Shown here in pieces: positions 21,941 to 31,686 of a DNA stretch of 64,000 nucleotides. How positions within the stretch are numbered: position 1 is the stretch's first letter; each line of letters opens with the position of its first letter. A program made the translations under genes and the position numbers. This DNA comes from Bdellovibrionota bacterium (GTDB taxonomy: Bacteria > Bdellovibrionota_C > UBA2361 > CAKMMH01). The stretch covers positions 12,539 through 76,538 of the forward strand of contig JAXFOK010000018.1 of the NCBI GenBank assembly GCA_034180415.1, read 5' to 3'. The notes under the pieces were generated by a model. That model was given only the letters and a program-made list of their open reading frames with translations, did not search any database and was not told the DNA's origin.

Positions 21941-22576
21941 TTAGTTATAATAATGATATGAGTTATTATAATCTTGCTCTTCAAGTATATTGTCAGCTAA
22001 TTTATTTCCTAACCAATCACCTATTTCATAACACAAAGCACCAGCTCCCATACCAACAGTTGTTGCAAGTGGTGCACCTATACCTGTAGAAGCTGTAAAT
22101 AGCCCTGCTCCAGCTCCACAAGCAACGCTTAACCCATTACTAGTTGCAGAAACTAACGCATCTCTTTTAGTTCCGCCTTCTTCCCATGTCCAAGGATTTA
22201 CACCATTTTGAACATTGTTATCATATGAATTTTTTGTATCTCTATAAATGTTAAAAAATGTCAATGCTCCACCAAGTTTTCTAAAAACATCTGATGTGAA
22301 TTTTGATACATTTTTACTCACGCCATCTCTTATATTACCCCATAAACGGTTTCCGCGTTCAGTCACCCCACCAAGAATTGAACCATCAAATAGTTTTGAA
22401 AAAAATCCTTTGCTTGATGTATCTGTGTTAGGTGCTGCATATGCCCCACCGTTTACATTGGCATTATTAAGGATATTACCATAATTCATATAGCCTGTAT
22501 TACCAGTACCTAAATTACCGGTATATGTATAATTATTATAGTTATTATAATTATAATTTCCGTTGATTGTATTCAT
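21941..22576 (-). CDS. hypothetical protein: N-terminal Asn/Tyr-rich low-complexity region plus C-terminal Gly/Ala glycine-zipper segment
   Basis: N-terminus NGNYNYNNYNNYTYTGN.. The C-terminus GAGAGLFTASTGIGAPLATTVGMGAGAL has repeated GxxxG/A, like glycine-zipper membrane-insertion or bacteriocin-like motifs. No signal peptide. Confidence 0.5.
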   Translation of the reverse strand: MNTINGNYNYNNYNNYTYTGNLGTGNTGYMNYGNILNNANVNGGAYAAPNTDTSSKGFFSKLFDGSILGGVTERGNRLWGNIRDGVSKNVSKFTSDVFRKLGGALTFFNIYRDTKNSYDNNVQNGVNPWTWEEGGTKRDALVSATSNGLSVACGAGAGLFTASTGIGAPLATTVGMGAGALCYEIGDWLGNKLADNILEEQDYNNSYHYYN

Positions 22577-22733
22577 ATTATAGTCTCCTCTAATTAAAAA
22601 ACTTTTTAAAAAGTTTTCCTATAAATGAAAATCGAAAATTATGTGTTAAAATGTGCTTTAAAATAATATTTTAATATTAGTATTATTAATGTATTATAAA
22701 AAAGATATTTTTAGTTAAGAGAAAAATATATTC

Positions 22734-23290
22734 ATGAATAACAATTATTTTATAATACATGGAAGTTTTGGAAGCCCATTTAGCAATTGGTTTCCATGGC
22801 TTAGGGAAGAAAATAGAGGTTAAAGGGTTTGATGTATATACGCCAGATTTTCCTAAAGGCGTTGGATTTCCAAATTATAATAATTGGTCTAACTTCCTAA
22901 AATCTTATTTAATGAGTGGAGTATTAAATATAAATTCTATAATATTTGCTCATTCGATAACACCTGTATTCATTTGTAAATTTCTAATAGAAAAATCAAA
23001 TTAAAGTTAAAAGATTAGTTTTTGTGTATGGTTTTAATAATTACCTAGGCATAAATGAAGAGTATTATGCTGTTAATAAAAGTATGTTTTTTGATAATTT
23101 GCGTGATGTAAAAAAGTATTGTAATGACATTGTTTGTTTTTATACAGATAACGATCCTTATGTAAAATTTGAAACAGAAAAAGAATTTACAGATACAATC
23201 GGTGCAAAACAAATTCTTATACCTAATGGTGGCCATTTAAATTCAGAAAGTGGTTTTAGTGAATTTAAAGAATTATTAGAATATATGTAG
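22734..23290 (+). pseudogene. alpha/beta-hydrolase (YdeN/RBBP9-like serine hydrolase) pseudogene with two frameshifts
   Basis: Three consecutive frames give MNNNYFIIHGSFGSPFSNWFPWL / ..KKIEVKGFDVYTPDFP..IIFAHSIT.. / ..CFYTDNDPYVKFE..IPNGGHLN.., which together match the conserved order of YdeN-type esterases. The nucleophile motif has degenerated to AHSIT. Confidence 0.6.
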
Positions 23291-23431
23291 AAAAATAAAT
23301 ATAGTAATTTTAATTCGTTAAAAATTTCCTTGAAATAAATTTTACTAAGAGAATTTTCTATGTTATAAAAAAGATAGCGGTTTTCAAATGATAACCAATT
23401 CATTGTTCAAAGGTTTTTTTCGGAGAAATAT

Positions 23432-23659
23432 GTGATGAAATACCTTTTTTATGTTTTTATACCCTCTATAATTCTCGGGGCACTAATTAAATTTATTATG
23501 CCCACAGAACAACAAGAACCAGCAGAAATAGTAATGGATTTCCTTGGTTACGATGGGTTTTCATTTGATAAAATTTTTAAACAATCCATCTGTTTTGCCG
23601 TATTCATTATACTCAACATTCTCTACTTCAAGGATTGGATATCGGAAAACAAACAGTAA
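23432..23659 (+). CDS. hypothetical small membrane protein (75 aa)
   Basis: ORF with two hydrophobic helices; followed by a terminator. Confidence 0.35.
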   Translation: MMKYLFYVFIPSIILGALIKFIMPTEQQEPAEIVMDFLGYDGFSFDKIFKQSICFAVFIILNILYFKDWISENKQ

Positions 23660-23674
23660 AGAAAAACGCTCACG

Positions 23675-23720
23675 AAAAAAGAGGTCTAGGATATTTTATT
23701 TTAGACCTCTTTTTCTTTTT
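23675..23720. terminator. bidirectional rho-independent terminator (AAGAGGTCTA ... TAGACCTCTT + T-run)
   Basis: 10-bp perfect inverted repeat with a T-tract, between convergent genes. Confidence 0.65.
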
Positions 23721-23738
23721 AATCTTACGATAAATTTC

Positions 23739-25667
23739 TTACAATAAATCAATGTCTAATCGATACGCATTATCACATATCATCTGATATCTATCCTTTG
23801 CATCTTTTCCAAAAAGTCTATCAAGCATTTTGTCTGCTTCTTTAACATCATCGATTGTGATTTTTAAAATTGTTCTATGAATAGGGTCAAGAGTAGTTTC
23901 CCAAAGCGTGCTTGGATTCATTTCCCCTAACCCTTTGAAACGAGTAATAACATATTTTTTATTTGCATATTTTTTCATAAGTTTATCTCGCTGATCATCA
24001 GAGAATGCCCAGTAATCTTCTTGTTTAGCACCAGCGCCAACTCGCACTCTATATAAGGGAGATAAACCTAAATATAAGTGTCCTTCTTCAATTAATGGAC
24101 GCATAAAACGATAAAAGAATGTCATAAGAAGTGTTGCTATATGCATTCCGTCAGCATCTGCATCTGTTAAAATAATAACTTTTCCATAACGAATTTTTGA
24201 AGCGTTAAATTTATCCCCAATTCCTGCACCTATTGCAAGAGCAAGGTCACTAAGCTCTTTATTGTCTTTTATTTTATCCATTGAGATTGAAAGAGAGTTT
24301 AAAATTTTTCCACGAAGCGGAAAAATGGCTTGAGTCTTTCTATCACGACCTTGTTTTGCACTACCTCCTGCAGAGTCTCCCTCTACAATAAATAACTCAG
24401 ATTTATCTGGGCTATTGGAAGTACAATCTGCAAGTTTCCCAGGAAGATTAAGTCTGTAGCTTAATGTTCCTTTTCTATTTACACTTTGCGAAGCACTCCT
24501 TGCAGCTGCTCTTGCTTTTGCAGCAAGCATTATTCTTTCTACAATTTTTGATGCAACTTGCGATTTTGCATTAAGCACATTTTCAAAGCTTTTTAAAAGA
24601 GAATCTACAGGTGCAATAACTTCTACGTTATTTAATTTATCTTTTGTTTGTCCCTGAAATTGAAGTTCACTTACCCCACTTGGAATTGTTACTGATAAAA
24701 TTGCAACAAGCCCTTCACGCATATCTTCTGCGGTAAGTTTTACACCTTTTGGATTTAGGTTGTGAACACTTATATAATTTCTTATAGCTTTTGTTAGCCC
24801 TGATTTAAAGCCCTCAACATGTGTTCCACCTTCTAATGTGTTAATACCATTTACATAAGATTTAATAACTTCATTTGTATCCTCTGTCCAAGTAAAAGCA
24901 ACTTGAATTTTTATACCGTTTTGTTTTTCTAAATAAAAATCTTCACCTAATATTGATTGAAGTTCACATTCTTTTAGTAAATCTGTTAAATAAGTTTTTA
25001 TTCCTTCTTCATAAAAGAAAGTAAACTCTTCATCTTTACTTTCATTTTTAAAAATAATTTTTAAACCTTGATTTAAAAATGCTTTTTCCTCTGCAATTCT
25101 TTTTATTTTTTCTGCATTAAACGTAGTTTTTGGAAAAATCTCATCATCTGGTTTAAAAAATATTGTAGTTCCATGTTCTTTTGTTTTAGCGCCTTTTTTT
25201 AAAGGTGATACAACTTTTCCTTTTCGGTATTCTTGAGACCAAGTGTAGCCATCTCTTTTTACAGTTGCAATCATTTGAGAAGAAAGCGCATTTACAACAG
25301 AGCCACCAACTCCGTGAAGACCGCCAGCTGAAACATAATTTTTATTTGAGAATTTACCACCTGCATGAAGTGTAGTTAATATGATTTCAAGAGCTGGCTT
25401 TTTAAACTTAGGATGTGTATCTACTGGTATTCCACGGCCATTATCTTCTACAGTAATACTTTCTAAATCTTCATGAAGTGTAATTACAATTTTATTTGCA
25501 AAACCATTCATTGCCTCATCTACAGAGTTATCAACGATTTCTTTTACAAGATGGTGAAGCCCGTTAGAATCTGTTCCACCTATATACATACCAGGGCGTT
25601 TTCTTACAGGTTCTAAACCTTCTAAAACTTCTATATCTGCTGCATTATATGAACTACTACTAACCAT
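23739..25667 (-). CDS. parE: type IIA topoisomerase ATPase subunit, short form (topoisomerase IV subunit B-like)
   Basis: 642 aa; GHKL motifs (GLHHLVKEIVDNSVDE, GLHGVGGSVVNALS), Toprim [15 protein letters not shown]. Immediately upstream of a 763-aa GyrA/ParC-type gene; a separate long GyrB exists at 16613..19078. Confidence 0.75.
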   Translation of the reverse strand: MVSSSSYNAADIEVLEGLEPVRKRPGMYIGGTDSNGLHHLVKEIVDNSVDEAMNGFANKIVITLHEDLESITVEDNGRGIPVDTHPKFKKPALEIILTTLHAGGKFSNKNYVSAGGLHGVGGSVVNALSSQMIATVKRDGYTWSQEYRKGKVVSPLKKGAKTKEHGTTIFFKPDDEIFPKTTFNAEKIKRIAEEKAFLNQGLKIIFKNESKDEEFTFFYEEGIKTYLTDLLKECELQSILGEDFYLEKQNGIKIQVAFTWTEDTNEVIKSYVNGINTLEGGTHVEGFKSGLTKAIRNYISVHNLNPKGVKLTAEDMREGLVAILSVTIPSGVSELQFQGQTKDKLNNVEVIAPVDSLLKSFENVLNAKSQVASKIVERIMLAAKARAAARSASQSVNRKGTLSYRLNLPGKLADCTSNSPDKSELFIVEGDSAGGSAKQGRDRKTQAIFPLRGKILNSLSISMDKIKDNKELSDLALAIGAGIGDKFNASKIRYGKVIILTDADADGMHIATLLMTFFYRFMRPLIEEGHLYLGLSPLYRVRVGAGAKQEDYWAFSDDQRDKLMKKYANKKYVITRFKGLGEMNPSTLWETTLDPIHRTILKITIDDVKEADKMLDRLFGKDAKDRYQMICDNAYRLDIDLL

Positions 25668-25956
25668 ACACTCCTTTCCTTAATAATTTGTGGCGCCCCT
25701 TTAGGGCATCAAATGAGTAGAAATTAACGATTAAAAATAAAACTTCTAAAAATCTCGTAATTTCTCAACTCAAACTAACATTTTGTGCAAAAATTTTTAA
25801 ATAACCTTTATTTTACCCTGGCACCGCGTACTATGTACGCTTATTCAACCCCTAATGAGGTAAATAAATACCGAGTTAATAAACTATATTATTGTTCTCG
25901 GATAAATTTAAAAATATCCCGCAAGGGGTCGACTAACCAAATTGATATAACTCTCC
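25668..25956. other. 289-bp parC-parE intergenic spacer carrying GC-rich palindromes (GCCCCTTTAGGGC; GCGTACTATGTACGC; CCCGCAAGGGG)
   Basis: Perfect palindromes read directly from the sequence. GCGTACTAT.GTACG resembles the GTACTA-N-TAGTAC hairpin in the dispersed repeat elements. Confidence 0.4.
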
Positions 25957-28248
25957 CTATCTTGCCAAAGTTACACTTATTAATTTTGCCTTTGATAAAA
26001 TCTTATTTCCTTTTAGTGCGCGTTTTCCTTTAACAATATCTGAAGCGCTTATTAACACTTCTTTATCTTTATCATTTTTTATAACAAGACTTTCATCTTT
26101 ATCATAACTTATCGCCGCAACTAATTCATCATCATCTCTTATTCCCATTAAAGTTATTCCAACAACCGGGCTATCTTTTAATGGAATTTCTTTTGTTTTT
26201 ATTGAAAGAGCAGATGAGTCAGATGTAAACATTGCTAAATTTACCTTATTTCCTTTAACTACGCATCGAAGCTCATCTCCATCTTTTATTTTCATAATTC
26301 TTCTTCCACTTTTCTTTATATTTGAAAGATCATCTAAATGATACGCGGTTCCTAATCCATTTTTTGTAATTAAAATTACATCATCTTCATTTCTAATTTC
26401 ATCATCTTGAGTATTTTTTGCAAAATCAAAAACTTCTATTTGCTCATCTTCAGAAAGTTTTAAAAAGAACGATTCAACTATAATTTCACCGTCCTTAAAC
26501 TTTAAAATTTTTTGAATTGGCACACCATAACCACTAGATGATGGAAACTCAGATACGTTAAGGGAATAAACATTTCCTAAATTTGTAATAAAGACAACAT
26601 TATCTAAAGTGCTAATTGCAAATGCTTTAAAAATACTATCCCCATCTCTAAGCCTTGTGGAAGAAAGCTCATTGTTTTGTCTAATTCTTTTTATCCAGCC
26701 ATCTTTTGTAACAATTGCATATACATCTTCTTTTACAACATATTCGCTCTTATCAAATTCTATAATCTTATCTTGATAGTCTTTTATTAATTTACTCTTC
26801 CTTGCATCACCATACTCTTTTGCTACAAGTTCTAAATCTTCTTTAACAAGATTAAGAATTGCTTTTTCGCTTTTTAAGATATTATCAATTTCTTTTATAC
26901 GTTTTAATTTAGCTTTTAGCTCAGCTCTAACTTCTTCAATATTTGTTCTTGATAGTTGATAAATCTTCATATCAACTACTGCAAAAGATTGTACTTCAGT
27001 TAAATCAAATCTTTTAGCTAGCTTTAGAGCAGCATCTTGCCTTCCATCACTTTTTCTTACAATTTTTATTGCTTCATCAAGCGAGTCGAAAATCTTTGCA
27101 AGTGCTTCTAAAATATGCACTCTTGCTTCAAGTTGTTTCTTTTCAAAAATTAATCTCTTCTTTGTAACATCAACACGAAACTCTAAGAAATAATTTAAAC
27201 ATTCTTTTAAAGATAAAACTTGCGGCTTTAAACTTATTCCCTTTGTAGGAACAAGTGCTGTTAAATTAACATTAAAATTGCTTTCAAGAGCTGTGTTTTT
27301 ATAAATAAAAGCCATTGCAACTTCAGAATCCGCATTTGGTGCAAGCTCTAAAACAACACGCACTTCATCTGTTGATTCATCTCTTATATCAACAATTTGA
27401 GGAAGTTTTTTATCAGTAATAAGCTGAGCAATTTTTTCTATAAGCTGAGATTTATTAACTCCATAAGGAACAGAAGTGATAATTACAAATTTTTTTCCAC
27501 GCTGTCCTTCCTCTTCTTCCCACTCACCACGCATCCTTATTGCGCCTTTTCCTGTAGCGTAAATTTCCTCGAGCTCATTTTTTGAATTTAAAATTGTGCA
27601 GCCTGTTGGAAAGTCTGGAGCTTTAATTAAAGAAACAAGTTTTGAATTTGTAATTTCTTTATCTTCTAAAAGTCCAATAAGAGCAGAAACTACATTTTTT
27701 AAATTATGAGGTGGCACACTTGTTGCCATACCAACTGCAATTCCTGAAACACCATTTACTAAAAGATTAGGTACCCTACTTGGAAATACCTGTGGTTCTT
27801 TTAATCTTCCATCGAAGTTATCTCTAAACTCTACTGTTTCTTCGTCAATTTCTCCTATTACTTCAAGAGCAAATGGTCTTAACCTTGCTTCTGTGTAACG
27901 ATACGCAGCAGCAGAGTCGCCATCAATCGAACCAAAATTTCCTTGTCCATCTACTATTGGGTACCTAAGAGAGAAATCCTGTGCCATTCTAACCATAGCT
28001 TCGTAACAAGCCGTGTCACTATGTGGGTGATAATTACCAAGCACCTCTCCTACAACTGATGCTGATTTTCTATATGAGCTATTTGGTTTTAAATTAAGAT
28101 TTTTATACATTGCGTATAAAATTCTTCTTTGAACTGGTTTTAAACCGTCCCTAACATCAGGAAGCGCTCTACTTGAAACAACGCTAAGAGCGTAAGTTAA
28201 ATACCTATCTTGTGATTCTCTTTCTAATGATGATTCTATTACTGCCAT
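25957..28248 (-). CDS. parC: type IIA topoisomerase subunit A, short form (topoisomerase IV subunit A-like)
   Basis: 763 aa. N-terminal ..[21 protein letters not shown].. and the catalytic-Tyr region ..[11 protein letters not shown]..; it lacks the long GyrA C-terminal extension. Confidence 0.75.
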   Translation of the reverse strand: MAVIESSLERESQDRYLTYALSVVSSRALPDVRDGLKPVQRRILYAMYKNLNLKPNSSYRKSASVVGEVLGNYHPHSDTACYEAMVRMAQDFSLRYPIVDGQGNFGSIDGDSAAAYRYTEARLRPFALEVIGEIDEETVEFRDNFDGRLKEPQVFPSRVPNLLVNGVSGIAVGMATSVPPHNLKNVVSALIGLLEDKEITNSKLVSLIKAPDFPTGCTILNSKNELEEIYATGKGAIRMRGEWEEEEGQRGKKFVIITSVPYGVNKSQLIEKIAQLITDKKLPQIVDIRDESTDEVRVVLELAPNADSEVAMAFIYKNTALESNFNVNLTALVPTKGISLKPQVLSLKECLNYFLEFRVDVTKKRLIFEKKQLEARVHILEALAKIFDSLDEAIKIVRKSDGRQDAALKLAKRFDLTEVQSFAVVDMKIYQLSRTNIEEVRAELKAKLKRIKEIDNILKSEKAILNLVKEDLELVAKEYGDARKSKLIKDYQDKIIEFDKSEYVVKEDVYAIVTKDGWIKRIRQNNELSSTRLRDGDSIFKAFAISTLDNVVFITNLGNVYSLNVSEFPSSSGYGVPIQKILKFKDGEIIVESFFLKLSEDEQIEVFDFAKNTQDDEIRNEDDVILITKNGLGTAYHLDDLSNIKKSGRRIMKIKDGDELRCVVKGNKVNLAMFTSDSSALSIKTKEIPLKDSPVVGITLMGIRDDDELVAAISYDKDESLVIKNDKDKEVLISASDIVKGKRALKGNKILSKAKLISVTLAR

Positions 28249-28555
28249 AAAAAACTACTTAAAAACTAATAAATTCTATATAAATTATTAAAATTTCACT
28301 ATAAATATACATTTTAACAGTAATTTTAAATTTTTAAAATATGGAAATAAAGCATTATTTGATTAAAAATACTAAATAATTATAACATTTTCAATTTATT
28401 AGCCTGAGATTATAATTAAGGAAAAGGACTAATATGGATAATTTAGAAAATTCAAATGAAGAAATAAATATGACACTTGAAAATTTAAAATTAAAAAGCA
28501 AGAAAATAAAAGAAAGAAACAAAAGAGTAGAGCTAGACAAAGCTTAGAAACAAGC

Positions 28556-28726
28556 ATGACTCGTAAAGTTTCAATTATCATTTTAACTTATCTTGTAATG
28601 GTACTTGTAATGAATACGTTAAAAATGGAAGAACTACTAATAAATGCAATTATTCTAACTTTAGGATTTACTTTATCTACATTTTCAATGAGTTTAATTA
28701 AGATTTTTTGGTTAAAGAAAAGATAA
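28556..28726 (+). CDS. possible small membrane peptide (56 aa), unannotated in the ORF track; a 37-aa ORF precedes it at 28434..28547
   Basis: ATG ORF MTRKVSIIILTYLVMVLVMN.. with two hydrophobic helices, followed by the hairpin AGGTGTCTT..AAGGCACCT. Weak RBS, so speculative. Confidence 0.25.
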   Translation: MTRKVSIIILTYLVMVLVMNTLKMEELLINAIILTLGFTLSTFSMSLIKIFWLKKR

Positions 28727-28781
28727 GAGAAGGTGTCTTGAAAGATTAAAGGCACCTCCCCTTTTAACATGAAAACCTTTT

Positions 28782-29075
28782 TTAGAAATGAGAAAACTCG
28801 CCGTCTGTATACGCAATACCATCTGGTGTCATACATGAGGAGAACATCTCACTTATACCGTAAGGATGCGCAACTTCGACTATCCCTAAATTTGATTCCG
28901 AATCAGGCATCCATACCTTTCCATGAAACGGGTCATCAAAGTCAAGAAACATTACATCTGACTCTTTCCCCTGCTTTTCGGAAAACTTATCATATAGATA
29001 GCTTCCTTTAGCTAAAGTTTCTAACGAACAAACTTTAACCTCAAAAAGATCAAGATCGACTTTCAAAAAACTCAC
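28782..29075 (-). CDS. hypothetical acidic protein (97 aa), GC-elevated
   Basis: ORF with protein-like composition in a locally GC-richer patch; no recognisable domain. Confidence 0.4.
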   Translation of the reverse strand: MSFLKVDLDLFEVKVCSLETLAKGSYLYDKFSEKQGKESDVMFLDFDDPFHGKVWMPDSESNLGIVEVAHPYGISEMFSSCMTPDGIAYTDGEFSHF

Positions 29076-29167
29076 AAATTTGCAAGTTATTATGTTGTGT
29101 GTCTATCATAGCATCATATGGGTAACTCTCTCCACCTTTTCCTGCAATAGAAACTTTCAAGAAAACA

Positions 29168-29213
29168 CTGATTAATGAAAATTTACTCATTGAATGTACT
29201 TTTCATTAATCAG
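29168..29213. promoter_or_regulatory. 14-bp inverted repeat CTGATTAATGAAAA-N18-TTTTCATTAATCAG downstream of the Nif3-like gene (terminator or operator candidate)
   Basis: Perfect inverted repeat read from the sequence. Confidence 0.3.
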
Positions 29214-29225
29214 CACTCTTTGACT

Positions 29226-29978
29226 TTATACTTCGCAAGGGATATCAACAAATTCTGATTTTATCCCAAACTCTTTTTCAAGTAATTTTCCTAAATTTTG
29301 CACTCCAAGTTTTTCAGTGTTATAGTGCCCAGCACCTATTACTGAAATATTTTCTTCTTCAGAAGAACGCACAACTCCTTCATAAAGCTCCCCTGTTACA
29401 AACACATCTGCTCCTAATTTTTGAGCTCCCTGATACCAACTTGCAGCACCACCAGAAACAATAGCAATCTTTTTAATTTTTCTATTATCATTATTTGTAA
29501 CGACTGATTTGGTATTTAATTTTTTATTAATGGTATTTACAAAATCATTTAATGAGCATGCTTTTTCTAAATTTCCTATAAAGCCAATATCGTAAAGTTT
29601 TAAATTCTTAACGCCTAAAAGTTTACAAAGAGATATATTGTTTCCAATTTTTGGATGTGCATCAAGTGGAAGATGAAAGCCAACAAGTGAGATATCATTT
29701 GAAAGCATGCTTTTTAATCTTCCTTTCATATAGCCATCAATTTTAGGAGAGTTGCCTATCATTTTAGGGAAAATTCCGTGGTGAACAAGAATCATCTCTG
29801 CTTTTTTAGAAATTGCATAATCAATAAGTTTTTGCGACCAAGAAACGCCTAAAATAATTTTACTTACTTTATCAGCACCTTCTATTTGAAGTCCATTTTC
29901 GCAGTGGTCATCAAAGCTAGAAACATCTAAATATTTTTTACAAAAGTTTACTATATCATCTCTTTTTGCAGTTTTCAT
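29226..29978 (-). CDS. Nif3-family dinuclear-metal-centre protein (YqfO/YbgI-like)
   Basis: 250 aa; N-terminal ..CENGLQIEG.. and C-terminal ..VFVTGELYEGVVRSSEEENISVIGAGHYNTEK.. match Nif3-family conserved His/Glu metal ligands. Confidence 0.75.
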   Translation of the reverse strand: MKTAKRDDIVNFCKKYLDVSSFDDHCENGLQIEGADKVSKIILGVSWSQKLIDYAISKKAEMILVHHGIFPKMIGNSPKIDGYMKGRLKSMLSNDISLVGFHLPLDAHPKIGNNISLCKLLGVKNLKLYDIGFIGNLEKACSLNDFVNTINKKLNTKSVVTNNDNRKIKKIAIVSGGAASWYQGAQKLGADVFVTGELYEGVVRSSEEENISVIGAGHYNTEKLGVQNLGKLLEKEFGIKSEFVDIPCEV

Positions 29979-30109
29979 ATTAAATTCCTTATAAACACCA
30001 ATTCTAATATAAATTTAAATATATAAGATATGTTATTATATACAATGAAATATTTTTAAATAAAACTATTATTTATAATATTAACTAGTTATATATTTTA
30101 AACGATATT

Positions 30110-30153
30110 CTATTTTATTTTTACGCCCGAATGGGCGAAAATATAAAATAGAG
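30110..30153. promoter_or_regulatory. palindrome P1 (ctattttattt-TTACGCCC-GAAT-GGGCGAAA-atataaaatag) in a divergent promoter region
   Basis: Imperfect long inverted repeat with a GC core ACGCCC/GGGCG. Confidence 0.5.
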
Positions 30154-30178
30154 ATAGATTTTTATTAGATATTTTTAA

Positions 30179-30224
30179 GCTCTATTTTAGATTTACGCCC
30201 AAATGGGCGTAAATCTAAAATAGC
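30179..30224. promoter_or_regulatory. palindrome P2: perfect 19-bp inverted repeat CTATTTTAGATTTACGCCC-aaat-GGGCGTAAATCTAAAATAG
   Basis: Perfect 19-bp arms with a 4-nt loop, 26 bp from P1 and sharing the TTTACGCCC..GGGCGTAAA core. It lies 78 bp upstream of the DUF4143-type ATPase gene. Confidence 0.55.
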
Positions 30225-30301
30225 ATATTGTTAAATTAAATTATTTATGTAATATTTAACTTTACTACCAAATAATTTTATAAATCATATAGAGAGATTA
30301 C

Positions 30302-31561
30302 ATGCGAATAAAAAGAGATTTATATCTAAATAAACTAATAAGGCACAAGCATAATGGATTCATAAAAATCATTAGTGGCGTTAGGCGCTCAGGAAAGTCA
30401 TTTTTACTTTTTGAATTATTCAAAGAACACTTATTAGAATCAGGCATTAAAAATGATCATATAATTTCGATTGCATTAGATAACAGAAAGTACGTTAAGC
30501 TTCAAGATCCCGATCTTTGTTATGAATACATAGAATCAAATATTAAAGATAATGATATGTATTATCTTTTTATAGATGAAGTGCAACTTATGAATAATTT
30601 TGAAAGTGTTTTAAATGGTTGCCTTTATATTAAAAACCTTGATGTCTATGTTACTGGCAGTAACTCTAAGTTTTTAACTACCGATATAGTAACTGAATTT
30701 AGAGGAAGAGGCGATGAAATTAAAATCCATCCTCTTAGTTTTTCAGAATATTATAGTGCTGTAAATGGTAGCTGGAACAAAGCTCTTGATGAATATTTAA
30801 CTTATGGCGGGATGCCGGCCTTATTTTCATATGATACACATACCGAAAAAGAAGAATATTTAAAAAGATTATTTTATGAAACTTACATTAAAGATTTAGT
30901 AGAGAGAAATAAAATAAAGAATGAAATCGAGTTTAGTGAACTTTTAGATGTTCTCGCATCAAATATTGGAACACTTACTAACCCTAAAAAACTCTCTGAT
31001 ACTTTTTCTAGTGTACAAAATAACAAAACCATTTCAGAACCAACTATAAAACTTTACTTATCATATCTTTCAAATGCTTTTCTTATAAATAAAGTTTTAC
31101 GATACGATATAAAAGGGAAAAAATATTTAAACACTCCATTTAAATGCTACTTTATAGACACGGGACTTCGCAATGCAAGATTAAACTTCAGACAATTTGA
31201 ACCTACACACTTAATAGAAAATGTCATATATAATGAACTTTGCATAATGGGATATCAAGTTGATGTTGGAAATATTGAAATTAGAGAACAAAACCAAGAC
31301 AAATCATATTCTAAGAAACAACTTGAAGTGGATTTTGTTGTAAATGCTGGAAGTAAACAATACTATATCCAATCTGCTTATATGATGCCAACATTAGAAA
31401 AGCAACAACAAGAAGAAAAATCATTACTACATATTGATAATTCATTTAAAAAGATAATTATTGTAAACGAAGATATTATTCCAAGGCACCAAGAAAACGG
31501 GATTACAATTTTAGGCCTTAAAGATTTTTTGTTAAACAAGAATAGTCTTGATTTAGCGTGA
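30302..31561 (+). CDS. AAA+ superfamily ATPase of the DUF4143 type (predicted ATP-binding protein)
   Basis: 419 aa; Walker A GVRRSGKS, Walker B LFIDEVQ, and the conserved C-terminal region typical of DUF4143 ATPases. Paralog at 59711..60970. Confidence 0.8.
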   Translation: MRIKRDLYLNKLIRHKHNGFIKIISGVRRSGKSFLLFELFKEHLLESGIKNDHIISIALDNRKYVKLQDPDLCYEYIESNIKDNDMYYLFIDEVQLMNNFESVLNGCLYIKNLDVYVTGSNSKFLTTDIVTEFRGRGDEIKIHPLSFSEYYSAVNGSWNKALDEYLTYGGMPALFSYDTHTEKEEYLKRLFYETYIKDLVERNKIKNEIEFSELLDVLASNIGTLTNPKKLSDTFSSVQNNKTISEPTIKLYLSYLSNAFLINKVLRYDIKGKKYLNTPFKCYFIDTGLRNARLNFRQFEPTHLIENVIYNELCIMGYQVDVGNIEIREQNQDKSYSKKQLEVDFVVNAGSKQYYIQSAYMMPTLEKQQQEEKSLLHIDNSFKKIIIVNEDIIPRHQENGITILGLKDFLLNKNSLDLA

Positions 31562-31603
31562 AATAAACGAGGCTTGGGAAATAGTAAAGCATTTGAGGGG
31601 AGG

Positions 31604-31684
31604 ATCACCGCAAGCTACACTAAAGCACAGCAAGGATAACGCTCCCTCACATAGCGAAGCATCTTTTCGATGCATCGTTTATTT
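31604..31684. repeat. GC-rich structured element, partial copy C (TGAGGGGAG..CTCCCTCA outer stem; ATAGCGAAGCATCTTTTCGATGCATCG containing the perfect palindrome CGATGCATCG at 31668..31677)
   Basis: Shares the motif (A)TA(A/G)CGAAG.AT.TTTTCGATGCATC with the copies at 7668..7694 and 63517..63546. Confidence 0.5.
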
Positions 31685-31686
31685 TA

